A stretch of 64,000 nt of DNA, taken from assembly GCF_046119375.1 (NCBI RefSeq), contig NW_027362761.1, positions 63,178,001 to 63,242,000 of the forward strand. The letters run 5' to 3'. Under the pieces are notes generated by a model. The model was not told the origin of the DNA. It did no database searches and saw only the letters and a program-made list of their open reading frames with translations. This stretch comes from Phyllobates terribilis. Its lineage: Eukaryota. Below are positions 36,499 to 48,740 of the stretch, piece by piece; the first letter of the stretch is position 1; every line of letters starts with the position of its first letter. A program made the position numbers and the translations under genes.

Positions 36499-37339
36499 TT
36501 CCACTAGTGCTGCAAGACTACAGTGCAAGCCACTGTGCTGCCCATCTGGAAACAGAATAAGAAACGCAAAGCCGTAAAAAGTGTCACATTTAAAGGAAGC
36601 GTGACAGAGAAAACCTACTTTGTAGACCAGCTGGGTACTATACTTATAGGATGATGGTCCGAGGGGTCCCTGGTGGCTTCTCCCACTGTGTTCCCCTAGA
36701 CCAGGGATGCCCAGCCTGTAGGTTAGGAGCCCATGTGGCTCTCGTGTCCATGATGTGTGGCTCGCAGCTGTCTTCCAGCTTGGTGCATTAGCATCGGGTC
36801 TAGCAAACGGCTACGAAGAGCAGACTTTGTGAGTAGTCTCACACAGAAGAGCAGCTCTAGAGCACATATACTTGTGGGAAATGGGGGTGATAGGATGATG
36901 CTGCCATTTAGAGGGGTGCTTGACTCTGGATGTGAAAGTGCGGAGGGATTGATTGACGTAAGAATATCATATATATAAAGTGATAACCCCATGGATGTAA
37001 GTATACTGCTGATAAGGGAGGCAGGGGCTCATGATCTAAGTGTGCTTTCTGTGGGGAAGCTTCAGTTGTCTTTATGCAGGTAGTGGGGGGCTATGGTTGT
37101 CACTGCGGTGTGTGTGGGGGGAGGGAGGAGGAAGACAACCAGATGTGGCTCACAAAATCTCTGAGAGCTAAACGGGGCTCACAAGATAAGAAGCTTTGGG
37201 GACCACTGCCTTACACTAACCGTTCTTTTACAAACATGCATAGGGAGAAACCTGTCAGTCAAGGGGAAGGGAGAAGCCTCCAGAGACTAGCCTCTTGGCT
37301 TGGTCCTCTTATACGCATGATCCCTGGGAAGCAATTTAA

Positions 37340-37821
37340 AGAGAACCTGTCAGCACAATTTTGCAAAGTAAAGCCTTGGCTGTAATGGCCCTGTAATACT
37401 GATTACATTGATGCCTTTGGTGAAGAAATCCGCTTTGTTGCTCTTCTTTAATCAGCATTTGCAGTTTTCTGCTAATTTTAGATTTTGGTGCACAGGGGCC
37501 GAACTGTACACGGGGTCTGCTCCTCCCTGTATGTGATTCCCCGGCCCCTCCGCTGCCTTTGGTCTGTGAATGACAGGTCACTGAGATTTCAAATAGAGGA
37601 GGCAGCAGAGGGGCCAGGGAATCACATACAGGAGGAGAAGACCCCCGTGTACAGTCCGGCCCCTGTGCACCGAAATCTAATTAGCAGAAAACTTCAAATC
37701 GTGATCAAAGAAGAACAACAAAGTGGATTTATTTACCAAAGAAATCTATGTAATCAGTTTACTGCGCCATTACAGCCATGATTTTACTTTTACATCACAA
37801 AATCATGCTGACGGGTTCTCT
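37340..37821. mobile_element. T2/Kolobok-type palindromic MITE
   Basis: TTAA|AGAGAACCTGTCAGCA…TGCTGACGGGTTCTCT|TTAA; the arms are inverted copies. Confidence 0.8.
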
Positions 37822-37973
37822 TTAAAGTAAATTTTAATTAAAACCACGCTACAATTCAGAGTGAAGCATACCTGGCCTCAATGACTGAGCCAGTGTGTGT
37901 TTTGTGCTGCCTTTTGTTAGAGGAATTAGCTGCCAGGTTCCCTGTAATAATCTTCACTCATGGTTGGTGACAG

Positions 37974-38240
37974 GATTTATATATTTATTTTACTCCCTTA
38001 TATAGCGCCATTAATTCCACAGCACTTCACAGACAATATCATCACTGTCCCCATTGGGGCTCACAATCTACATTCCCTATCACTATGTCTTTGGAGTGTG
38101 GGAGGAAACCGGAGAACCTGGAGGAGACCCCCACAAACACTGGGAGAAGATACAAACTCCTTGCAGATGTTGCCCTTGGTGGGTTTTGAACCCAAGACCC
38201 CAGAGCTGCAAGGCTGCAGTGCTAACCACTGAGCCACTGT
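37974..38240 (-). mobile_element. tRNA-derived V-SINE
   Basis: Reverse complement has a tRNA-like head (GTGGCTCAGTGGTTAGCACTGCAGCC…GGGTTCAAAACCC), the V-domain CTGCAAGGAGTTTGTAT…CTCCGG and a 3' tail …GGCGCTATATAA. Confidence 0.85.
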
Positions 38241-38256
38241 TTTACTCGCAGTATTA

Positions 38257-38644
38257 GGCTGTGTGCCCACGTAGCATTTTTCAAGCGTATATGCTGCGGA
38301 ATTTCCGCAGCGTAAACGCTTGAAAAACGCATGTATATCCGCACCCCATGGTCCCCAATGGGATTCCGCAAGTTCTATGCACATGCTGCAGATTTTTCCG
38401 CAGCGTTTATGCCGCGTTCAAAAATCCGCAGCATGTCATTTAATTTTGCGTTTCCGCAAGCGGAATTGCCTTTGTCCAATGCATAAAAAACGCAAGGCAA
38501 TTCCGCATGTGGAAAAAGCGTGATAAACGCGCGAAAAATGCGCGATAAACGCGTGCGGAATTCCGCATGCGTTTTTCCGGGAGAGGACTTGCATTTATGC
38601 AGCAGAAATTTTCTGCTTCATAAATGCAACGTGGGCACATAGCC
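38257..38644. mobile_element. PIF/Harbinger-type MITE
   Basis: TTA|GGCTGTGTGCCCACG…CGTGGGCACATAGCC|TTA; internal TGCGGA/TCCGCA subrepeats. Confidence 0.8.
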
Positions 38645-39519
38645 TTAGGAAAGCCAAATCTACAAAATCTACAGCCTTTAGTAGTTGATTATTCTCTTCT
38701 ATTGAGTGCCACTTGGAGTACTGCAGAGTGAACCCAAGTCCATCCATGCGGCAGTTGTCTGCCTATTTACGATTCTACAGGACCGAGCACCAAGAAAAGA
38801 GACTTGCTCAATCATTGGCTGATCATTGCGCCCCTATGAGTTATTAGGTTTCGGGCTGTAACTGTCAAAAAGCAAATCTGTAGTTCTGCATGGATGTGAA
38901 AAGGGAAGGTGCAATCTCTACTACGCTGTGGGATGCATGAGGGGTCTTAAGGTGGTAAGAAGTCATCAGTATTGTAAGTTACACTTGGTAGGTGGAGGCG
39001 CCTGTTACAGGTTTTCCATTGGAGCTTCACACAACGCCTCTCAACATAGCAGTGACTAGTTATCATTTGTCTAAAGCCTTTTTACAATTAGAAACAATAT
39101 GACTTTTCTTCTGTACCAGTTGTAATAAATCTCCATTTAATATGCTTTTCTTTCACTGTGGCAGGTGCTGGGAAGTGCCACCTTTCCCATGCAATGGCTG
39201 TTAAATAGATTTGCTTCTTCTACCAAGTTTTTGCTGCCGGGCTATCCACAGAAATAGAAAAAGGAATAGTAGATATGATTGATTTTGGGACAGAGCAGAC
39301 GGAATTCTAAATATTTATATTACAGGTTAGTATCTGAAATACAGAACATTTGTCCCAGACTGTCGTGCACATAGGAAACTTACCTTCATACATGGCGGAT
39401 ATGGAATCATTTCTGTGATTTTCATTTATATGAATGGGGTTTGAAAGTACCAATACACATGCTGTAGAAACTTACTTGTGGAGTGAATTTTCAGTAACAG
39501 AAATATCTGCAATTGCAAA

Positions 39520-39745
39520 TTATATATTTATTTATTTGACTCCCTTATATAGCGCCATTAATTCCACAGCGCTTTACATACATTACCGTCACTGTCCCCA
39601 TTGGGGCTCACAGTCTAGATCCCCTATCAGTATGTCTTTGGATTGTGGGAGGAAACCACAGAATCCGGAGGAAACCCACACAAACACCGGGAGAACATAC
39701 AAACTTTGCAGATGTTGTCCATGGTGGGATTTGAACACAGGATCA
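39520..39745 (-). mobile_element. V-SINE, 5'-truncated
   Basis: Same V-domain and tail as 37974-38240. Confidence 0.8.
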
Positions 39746-39779
39746 GCTGACCATCTAATGTGTATGCGGGCCTACTGAC

Positions 39780-40055
39780 CAGGGCTGTGGAGTCGGTAAG
39801 CCAAACCTCTGACTCCGATTCCTCAATTTCCACGACTCCCTCATAAATTGCTCATGTTTAAGTGATAAATTTACTGTAGCACAGATTCATCTCAGCTAAA
39901 AGTCTAGACCCTTAGATCAGGAATAGGACAGACATTTCATAACTTTCCCAAATACTTATTAAAAAATATTCCCCACAAACTGCATTGAACTGCTGTACCC
40001 AATTTATTATATATTTTAGGTGTTGGAGTCAGTCCATTTTATACCGACTCCACCA
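39780..40055. mobile_element. hAT-type MITE (CAGGGCTGTGGAGTCGG), partial
   Basis: Reverse-oriented homologue of 43478-43794; one end is truncated. Confidence 0.75.
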
Positions 40056-40435
40056 AAATGGGCTCTGACAGCAGATGACAATGGAGATCAGGATCATGCA
40101 GTTACAGATAAGACGACACTAGTTGAGTCTAAATGCCCATATAGGTGAGCGAATAATTGCAGAACGAGCGGTCATAGAAACGCCTGTTTTCTACTAAACA
40201 TGCCAGCAAACACAATGAGATAATCAATTGTCAAAGGCTGGAAAACTCCTTTAAGATATCAGACTTCCCTACTTTTTCTTTGCTGTTGTCAATGCATGTA
40301 CTGATTTGTATTTTTTTTTTTCAATGCAAAATATTAAATCTAAATTTTTACAGCTGTGATGAGACAAAAAATATTACTTGAGTGTTCACTGCATTTTTCA
40401 TTTGCATTGCAGGTTGCTTTATATGGCATCTAACA

Positions 40436-40503
40436 ATGCCCGCATGTGCTGCCATCAATTGCACAAGCCGACAGACTCGTGGATGTGGAAAGTCATTTCA
40501 CCG
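40436..40503 (+). CDS. THAP-domain gene, coding exon 1
   Basis: Acceptor ttgcattgcag| at 40412; ATG 40436 encodes MPACAAINCTSRQTRGCGKSFH(R); donor CG|gtatgt (phase 2). Confidence 0.88.
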
Positions 40504-40578
40504 GTATGTGTAACATGAAATATAAGATTATAACATTTCGTATCAAATTCCCATGTGTTGCAGTGTAGATCAGTGTAA

Positions 40579-41018
40579 AGGGAATCTGTCGCCAGGTTTT
40601 CGCCCCCTAATCTGAGAGCAGCATAATGAAGGGACAAAGACTCTGATTCCAGCCATGTGTCACTCACTTGGCTCCCTGCTGTCATTTTGATACAATCACT
40701 GTTTTAGTAACAGTAGATTATCCCTAGAGTAAACCTGCTGCCAGGTAGTCCTCCATATTCATGAGATCTGTATAACCCCACCCTTACCACTGATTCTGCC
40801 TATGCACAGTGAACACAAAGCTGTCACTCAGTGGTTTGGGCGGGGTTATATAAAGCTTAGCATTCAGAGAACTTCTAGATCTGCAGCAGAGACAACAGTG
40901 ATTTTATCAAAATTACAGCAAGCAGCCCAGTAAGTGATAAATCGCTGGAATCAGGGTCTCTACCGTTATATTATGCTGCTCTCACATTTCGTAGTAGAAA
41001 CCTGGTGACAGATTCCCT
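40579..41018. mobile_element. T2/Kolobok-type MITE
   Basis: AGGGAATCTGTCGCCAGGTTTT…AAACCTGGTGACAGATTCCCT; same family as 5416 and 51035. Confidence 0.8.
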
Positions 41019-42421
41019 TTAGCTGAAACTTTCTGGGATTCAGATTTTAGCCTGAAATAATTAAAATAATGCACATTTTGAGTGATTTCTAGCATTCTCT
41101 GTGGTCCCCCAGAGCTCCTATTTACGTATACCTAAAAGTATTCTAAGGTCGTTTCATCCAATTGTAGAATTTTAATATATGCAATAAAACATTATTTTCA
41201 CATCATATAGTAAATTTAAGACTGTCCCCAATTTGCATGTATTTGTCCTTCATTTTAGTCCTGGAGATTTCTATATAGCTAAGATGGAAGACAATTCGCT
41301 ATTGAAAGTATGGCCTTCACACTGCATGGAACAGACTCCTTGAGTTCTCTCCCAGATCGCTTATCATAGGACATTCTGCCTTAAATAAACTCTTCAAAGA
41401 CCCAGCTGCAGATTGTGTAAAACCAGAAAGTAAACTTGTGCTTAAAGGGAATGTGTCACGATTTTTATTTTTGCATTAATTAATAATTGATTATGTAATT
41501 AATTATTTTTAATACAAAATGAAATGTCGTGTTAACTTTTTTGCAGCCTCTAGTCTAGGGGACGCCATTTTTATTTGCTGGTGTGTGAGTGTCTGAGCAC
41601 GACATTTACACAACGCATATACTGCAGCCCATGTACATAGGAGACTGCAGTCCAACCGCATCTCCTACACTGTGGATGCCTCAGCTGTGACCTGGGCACG
41701 CCCTTTGGCTTTCCAGTTCACAGCTTTGGGGTTAGCCAGAGCTGCATCACACAGGATGGGATTAGATGCACTAACTATTACACACAGTCCAAACACTCCT
41801 TTGTTGCATATGAGAGAGATGATTCTGGCAGTGGCTCATCTTCCCTCTGAAAAAAAAAAAAAAAAGCATCAGGTGATTGGATTCCAACTGCCTGATCCTT
41901 ATGACCCCAAACATAACCTGTCAGTGATGAGACAGTAGGCCACTATGCACATTACATGGTTAGGTGACTTTTATCTGATGTGCATGCTGACCTTCAGCTG
42001 GTTTTACACCTTTATTCACCTCTTCGTAGAAGGTGGAATGATTGGAGTAAAACGTCCGCATCCTGTCAGTTCATTCCTAGTGTCTTGGTCACTCAATAAG
42101 GTGACGGACACAGGGATTATTGACATGTACTCACATTCCCCAGGTCCTCTGGTGAGCCTCTGCCGATGCTACCAGTGTCTGGCATTGGCTGATTGTACAG
42201 CACGGCAACCCATCAGTGAACTGAGCTCATTGATTAGACTGGTGAGCTGCCGACGTAAAGTCAGTGACACAATCAATGCCAGACACCAGGCGCAGTGGTG
42301 GAATCTCACTGGTGAACACTGGGAAGGTTAGTATAGTGAGTTTGGTATAAAAACCAAACTGCACTCGGGGATAAACTTTAACTGAAAGGGGACAACCCCT
42401 TTACATGAGTAGTATAGTAAA

Positions 42422-42688
42422 GGGCAGCATGGTGGCTCAGTGATTAGCACTGCAGCCTTTCAGCACTGGGATCCTGGGTTCTATTCCCACCAAGGACAAC
42501 ATCTGCAAGGAGTTTGTATGCTCTCCCCGTGTTTGTGTGGGTTTCTTCCGGGTTCTCCGGTTTCCTTCCACACTCCAAAGACCTACTGATAGGGAATCTA
42601 GATTGTGAGCCCCAATGGGGACAGCCATGATAATGTATGTAAAGTTCTGCAGAATATGTTGGCGCTATATAAAAATATTATTATTTTC
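42422..42688 (+). mobile_element. tRNA-derived V-SINE
   Basis: A-box-like GGTGGCTCAGTGATTAG, B-box-like GGGTTCTATTCCC, V-domain, tail GGCGCTATATAAAAATATTATTATT. Confidence 0.85.
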
Positions 42689-42942
42689 GGCTTAGGAAAA
42701 TATTGCCACTTTTCCTCTGAAAATCAACACTTGTCCACATTTTGTATGTGGTATTGTAGCTGAGCTGCAATAACAGAGGAATTCCACAGACAGGTATGGC
42801 ACTGATTGCAACCATTTTTCCTGACTCAATAGAATCCTCATCCCTTTTAATCTGTTCCCTACATTTTTACTTAAATCTGCAGAATTTCTGTGTAGTACAA
42901 TTGTAATACAACTTTTTTTTTTTTTTTTTTTTTTTTTTTAAG

Positions 42943-43138
42943 GTTTCCACATGGGCGACCAGAAATTCTGAAAAAGTGGGTAACAAACATGCGACGGGAC
43001 ACTTTTAAACCATCTTGCAAAGCAGTGCTGTGCTCTGACCATTTTGAAGAATTTTGCTTTGACCGGACTGGTCAGACTATTCGGCTGAGGGTTGATGCTG
43101 TGCCAACTGTGTTTGCTTTCCCTGGGAAAACAAGAAAA
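42943..43138 (+). CDS. THAP-domain gene, coding exon 2
   Basis: Poly-T acceptor …tttaag|G; FPHGRPEILKKWVTNMRRDTFKPSCKAVLCSDHFEEFCFDRTGQTIRLRVDAVPTVFAFPGKTRK; donor AAA|gtatgt (phase 0). Contains the THAP W, CxxHF and AVPTxF motifs. Confidence 0.9.
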
Positions 43139-43426
43139 GTATGTGCATTTTCATTTATTTTTTTTAAATTCATCGCATCAAACATTGTAAATCCAGCAGA
43201 GCCAAGAGTCTTAAAATTGTGTGTGGGGGTGGGGGGGACAAATGAACAAAGATTTAAAAAGGAAAAAAAAATCTCTGTGGAGCCTGCAATGTAAATAAAA
43301 TTGAATGAGTAACAAAAAAGAAGACTGCCTGAACTAATCATACAAATGGTAAGTGAGCCAACCCACGTACAAAGCACAGAGCGAAGTGACAAGATGTATA
43401 ACATTGCACTGTAGCCAGTCTGTTAA

Positions 43427-44810
43427 AGGGAATCTGTCAGGATCAACCCTCCCAAGCCATCTATATGGTTAGGAAGCCAGGGCTGTGGGGTCTGAGTCGG
43501 TGTCCATTTTGGTGGAGTCTGTATAAAATGGACCGACTCCAACTCCTAAAATATATAATAAATTGGGCACAGTAATTCAATGCAGTTTGTGGGGAATATT
43601 TTTTTCATAAGAATTTGGAAAAGTTATAAAATGTCCTATTCCTGATCTAAGGGTCTAGACCTTTAGCTGAGATTAATCTGTGCTACAGTAAATGTATCAC
43701 TTAAACATGAGCCATGTATGAGGGAGTCGGAGTTGGAGTCTGTGTCATGGAAATTGAGGAGTCGGAGGTTTGGCTTACCGACTCCACCGCCCCGTAGGAA
43801 GCTGAATAAAATAATACCTTGATATCTGCGATCTGATGTCTTGTTCCAGAGAAGTCCATGTTTTTCTTATATGTAAATGAGCTGGTAAGATCTATGGGCC
43901 TGACATAGATCTCCCTGGGAATCTGCCTCCAAGGCTTATTTTAAATGAATAGTCTGTTCTCAGAAGTGTACACAGCTCTGGAGTGAGATCATAGCTAACA
44001 CAGTACAACAGAAGTTAACTGTCTCATTACAAACTCATTTGCAGTTGTCCTCCCATACTGCTGTCAGACCTGTTGCAGAGCTGTGCCTGATCATAACTAG
44101 TTCAGCAGAGCAGAGCTAACACAGTACAACAGAATTTGTTTCTCCATTGCGAACTTTTGCAGCAGCACTTGTTCTCTCATAGTGCTGTCAGATCTGCTGC
44201 AGAGCTGTGTCTGATTATAACTAACACAGTACAGCTGAGTTGAATTACAAACATTACAAACTCACTACATCTCATTACAAACACAAGCTTATTTGCAGTT
44301 GTTCTCTCATATCAGTTCTGCAAGAATACTTCAGCTTCCATTTCACAGATTGGCTGTCAAATGGAAGCGGACAGGACAACTGCAAATTTGCTTTTACGGT
44401 TTGTAATGAGACAAAGCTCAACTCTGCTGTACTGTGTTGGTTATAATCAGGCACCGCTTTGCAGTAGATCTGACAGCACTATGAGAGGACAATGTAAATG
44501 TGGTTGTAATGATACAAAGTTCACTTCTGCTGTATTGTGTTCGCTCTGATTTCACTGCAGCGCTGTGTGTTCTTATGAGAGCAATAGTCATTACATGTTT
44601 CACACTGGTAATGCCCCCTTTCATGTACAATAAGCTCTGGAGGCAGATTCTCAGGAAGATCTATATCCTGCCCATAGCACTTAACAGATTATTTACATGT
44701 AAGAAAGTGTGAATTTTTCTGGAATAAGACATAAAATCGCAGATATCAAGGTATATATTGTTTTCAACTTTCTATGACCTGCATGCCCATATAGCTTAGG
44801 AGGTTTTTTT
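43427..44810. mobile_element. T2/Kolobok-type element with ~200-bp inverted arms and an internal tandem repeat
   Basis: TTAA|AGGGAATCTGTCAG start. Left arm (…ATACCTTGATATCTGCGAT…AATCTGCCTCCAAGGCTTATT) is the reverse complement of 44630-44790; the right terminus is degenerate. Confidence 0.7.
43478..43794. mobile_element. hAT-type MITE nested in the T2 element
   Basis: CAGGGCTGTGG…CCACCGCCCCG with a perfect 8-bp TSD TAGGAAGC (43470-43477, 43795-43802). Confidence 0.85.
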
Positions 44811-45072
44811 GTGACAAATTGTACTTTATGATAGTGGTAAATTTAGGTCATTAGGTTTGTTTTATTTCTAAACTACCTGAAATTTCTCAAATTTAGAAAA
44901 TTTAGCATTTTAAGTTTTCATGCCATTAAGACAGATATTTATTAACTATTTTATGTGGCACAACTTGCAGGTACCACATATCTACTTTGCATCCGCATCA
45001 TTGTTATTTAACAACCCTTTAAAGAAAAAACAAAAATCTATTTTCTATTTTTAAAGATCACTTCACCTTTAA

Positions 45073-46340
45073 CCCCTTCACTACATCCGCCGTACATGTA
45101 CGGCGTCAGTCGGAAGCTGGTGTATGGAGCAGGATCATGGGGTGAGCTCACCCCATACTCTGCAGATTATGGCTGTTATGGCCACCTGTAATTGTTAACC
45201 TGTCAAACTCTGACAGCGGCATTTAACACATGCCGGCATGGGGGCGCGTCATTCCATGCGCCCATCGGCGTGCTCATGACTTGATTGTGGGTAGCCAATG
45301 GGTTGATATGGCAGCAGGGTGTTGGTTGAAAACCTCTGTTCTTGTGGAGCTCCCTTGAAACCCTGCCTGTGTTTGCCCTTCAAAGGAGACCGTGATTTTA
45401 GCTTTTTGCAGCAATGCTGTGGCATTTTTGCGTATAGCACAAGCAGTCAGACAATCGCAGCTTCAAGTCCCCTAAGGGGACTAACAAGAACAGTAAAAGT
45501 GTAAAAAAATAAATATGAAAAAAAGTTCAAATCGCCACCATTAAAAAGATCTAACAAAATATAAAAATGTCTAACCCGATAAACACCGTAAATAAGATAA
45601 AAAAAAATTGAAGAATGACAGGAGACCCTTATACAAGACATGAATCGATCAACTGCACACCTCAAAGTATTCTAAATCACTTTCAGGACGTTTAACCTTT
45701 CAGGTGCGCCAAAGGAGATAACGCACAAAAACATTACATTAGACCCAATTTAATTTTCACAAGGTTAGCAGGAGAAATTGGACCCCACAATTTATTATGC
45801 AATGTCACTGAACATGCCTATACTGCACATGTGGTCAGAAACTACTGTTTGGGCACATGTTGGGACTTGGAAAGGAAGGAGCTCTGTTCTGGCAATTTTG
45901 GCTGGAATAGATAGCAGGTTGCATTTGCAGAGCCCCTAGAGTGCTAAAAGTGCAGAATTTTTTTACCAGTGTAGTTTCCATTTTGGACCAACAGGTGCTT
46001 CACAAAAGCTTATTAAATTGGGACATAAAAATGAAAATTTTGCTCATGAGGCAGTGCTGATAAGGGAACTTTCACTATTTAAATTTTGGTATGCAATTTG
46101 AGCAGCCCCTGAGGTGCCCCAAGAGCCGAAAATACCCACAACTGACCCTATTGTGGAGATTATACACCTTTTAAGGAATTCATATAAATGTGTAGTATTC
46201 GTCTTGAACCCACAGAATTTTATAAAAGTTGGCAGTGAAAATGAAAAATTAAATTTTCAGGGTTTTTTTTTCAATTACGATGTTGTTTTAGTCCCAAATT
46301 TCTCAATGTCACGAGTAACAGGAGAAAATGGACCCCTTAA
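45073..46340. mobile_element. piggyBac-like non-autonomous element, one end
   Basis: TTAA|CCCCTTCACTACATCCGCCGTACATGTACGGCG terminus; the other end was not found. Confidence 0.6.
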
Positions 46341-46572
46341 TTTGTTGCAGAAAACGACCGCCGGCATTCTCCTGGAGCGTTTTCACCTTGGAAAATATGG
46401 CGGTTCTGCCAGTGTCTTAAGGACAACATGTGCACATACCCATATAAAGTAACATAGTAATAGCTCTGCACATGCTGATATTCTGCCTAATATGCAGTTA
46501 TTGTTTTACATACCTGCAGCTTTGTAATTCCAGTACTCCGATTCTGATTTTTTGTTTACTGCCTTTTTATAG

Positions 46573-46863
46573 GATCGAAAATCCCAAATTTCTGTTCCAG
46601 TGTTTGAAGATGTTGAGGAAAAGTTTTCCATTCCACCTACTTCACTTCCAGAGAAGGCCCCGACTCTAGAGTCAACTGACAAACGTGTTATAGTGGAACA
46701 TGACTATTGCATTACAGACAGTCCAAAGGCTCTAAAAAAGAGGCTCGATGAAGCTTTAAGCAGCCTCCACAATGTGAAAAGAAGGCTGAAGATCACCCAG
46801 CAGAAATTCAGGAGGCTGAAATTTAAGGTTCAGTCACTTGACTTAACTGAAGAATCAGTGTAA
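46573..46863 (+). CDS. THAP-domain gene, last coding exon (HCF-binding motif, coiled coil)
   Basis: Acceptor ctttttatag|GAT in phase 0 and in frame with ORF 46600..46863: DRKSQISVPVFEDVEEK…VIVEHDYCITDSPKALKKRLDEALSSLHNVKRRLKITQQKFRRLKFKVQSLDLTEESV*. Confidence 0.85.
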   Translation, partial: DRKSQISVPVFEDVEEKFSIPPTSLPEKAPTLESTDKRVIVEHDYCITDSPKALKKRLDEALSSLHNVKRRLKITQQKFRRLKFKVQSLDLTEESV

Positions 46864-48509
46864 AGACGATCGATCCCCTTTATCTTTGTCCTTACAAAGT
46901 GTACAAGTGCTTTGATACGCTGCTTCAACTGTATCTATATGCATCTGTTGAAGTGCTCCTCATAAGGCTATGTATATACAGAGTTTTATACTTTTTATTC
47001 ATTTAATTTTGTGTTAAGAATCAAACGGTCAAAAGTTCTTGAAGGAAAATTGGGAAGATTGGTATATAAATATTAACCTCATGGCCCATGCTTAATAATT
47101 CCGCCTTTGCCGTTAGGATGGAATTGTCAACCACAACTTGCATCTTTGTATAAAGAATGCTGTCGTATCATCGGCTCATACTGGACAAAACGTATCTGAC
47201 AAAGGCTTTTTGGCCCCCTTTTTTTTCCTTTTTTGGGAGGTATGGGGGGTTACGACTATTACAGATTTTTGCAAAAAATTGTCCATATCATGGCTTCTTA
47301 TATTCGTACCCGCCCCTAACAGAGCCCAAAACGTGAATAGTGGCAGAAGAATGGAATACTTGTACTTTCTTGAGGGTTGCCCAGGTAAACAGAATGCAAT
47401 AAAAAGTCTGAATTCCACTGTGGTGGTTTGAGGGCTTATAGTTTTTGCTGTTGAAGGTTTCATTCATCACAGCAATCACGCCAGACTTCTGATGTAAATT
47501 ACTTTGAAAAGTATCAACATTTTTGTACAACGTTGTGCAAAAAGTTTGCGACTTTTGGCTTTTACACTCCAGTTTCGCCAAAATAGGCAGAACGGGGGCA
47601 TGACTCTATAGCTTGTCTAATTAATGGCGAGCTGTGGTGTCCCTTACACCAGAAATCTTACTCCAGTCACTGGAGTAAGATTTGTAGCGAGGCACATGCC
47701 ACTTTTCAGATATGATTCATTAATAGGTGTGCACTTCTTAATGAATCAGGTGTCTCTGATTTCAGCAGGTCCCCCTCAAGACTGGTGGGGACAACACTAG
47801 TCTTTATGGATCGCTGCCTGTTTGCAAAGTTTTGAACAGTTACATAAAAAGGGTACAAACAGCCTTGATAGAAAACTGCCCTATTGTTTTGTGTTTAATT
47901 CAGTACTGCATCTCCATGGTAACAGACTACTTGAAATAAACCTTGTGAAAACTGTAGAGGACAAATAGATGGTCATATGACTTCCAGATCAGACTACTCA
48001 ATGTTTGTAGTCTGTTGCCATGGAGCTTAAGACAAAAAATTGAACATTTTCAGTTTTCATTTTATAAAGCTAACCCAGATGAGGGAGCCAAATGCTGCCG
48101 CTACCAGATATTTGTGGTTTACCGGTGTTGCTGTGATGACATATTGCCTACACTGAGCCCACCAGCTGCTCACCTGTTTCAAAGAGTACAGCCTGAGTAG
48201 CTGTTGCTCTTGTGGGGGAGGCAGTGCTATGGCCTTTGGAGTCCAGCAGCGCGACCTCCTTATTGAGCATCTATAAACCTATGCCATTCCAGTAAGGGTG
48301 TATCCCGGCACTGTTGCATATTGTCCACCACACATACCTGATTACTTGATTCCTCTAGCATATTTCCCCAGAGGAGTCTCATTAATCAAGGAGACAAGGG
48401 CCATCAGGAATAGCAGCAGAATTCGTTCTGCTACTTCTATCCACTATCACCAGTGAACACCGTTCAATTAGCAGTGATACTTGCGTATGTCATATGCCAA
48501 TTGCATCTT

Positions 48510-48740
48510 CAGAGAGAAAAGAGGACTAGAACTCTAGTGTCACCTATTGGAAGTAGCAATCCTAAAACTCAATATTGACCCTCTAGCGAGCCTTGCCACA
48601 TGAGTTGGGATAGAAGCCAAACCAGAATCTCCGTTTGCAGATAGTGTTTCGGGGTGTTGCACCTCCTCAGTGCAAAGTATGAGATCTGGTTTGGCTGTAT
48701 GAGGGGCCACTTACTGGAATCTAAGGGGGGGGTAACATTT
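48510..48740 (-). mobile_element. Penelope-like terminal repeat fragment with decayed hammerhead (48634-48676)
   Basis: Homologous to 32195-32430. Minus strand TTTGCA CTGAGGA GGTGCAACACCCC GAAA CACTATC TGCAAA has a shortened stem III. Confidence 0.65.

Noticed and set aside
42422-42495. tRNA gene (also 38165-38240)
   Set aside because: A/B boxes continue directly into a V-domain and LINE-like tail, so this is a SINE head rather than a tRNA.
42989-43294. Stand-alone 101-aa ORF
   Set aside because: Only the part up to 43138 is exon; the remainder is read-through past a GTATGT donor.
40436-46863. Naming the genes THAP2/THAP1/THAP6 or a numbered ZBTB
   Set aside because: Similarity recalled from memory is only partial; orthology needs a database search and synteny.
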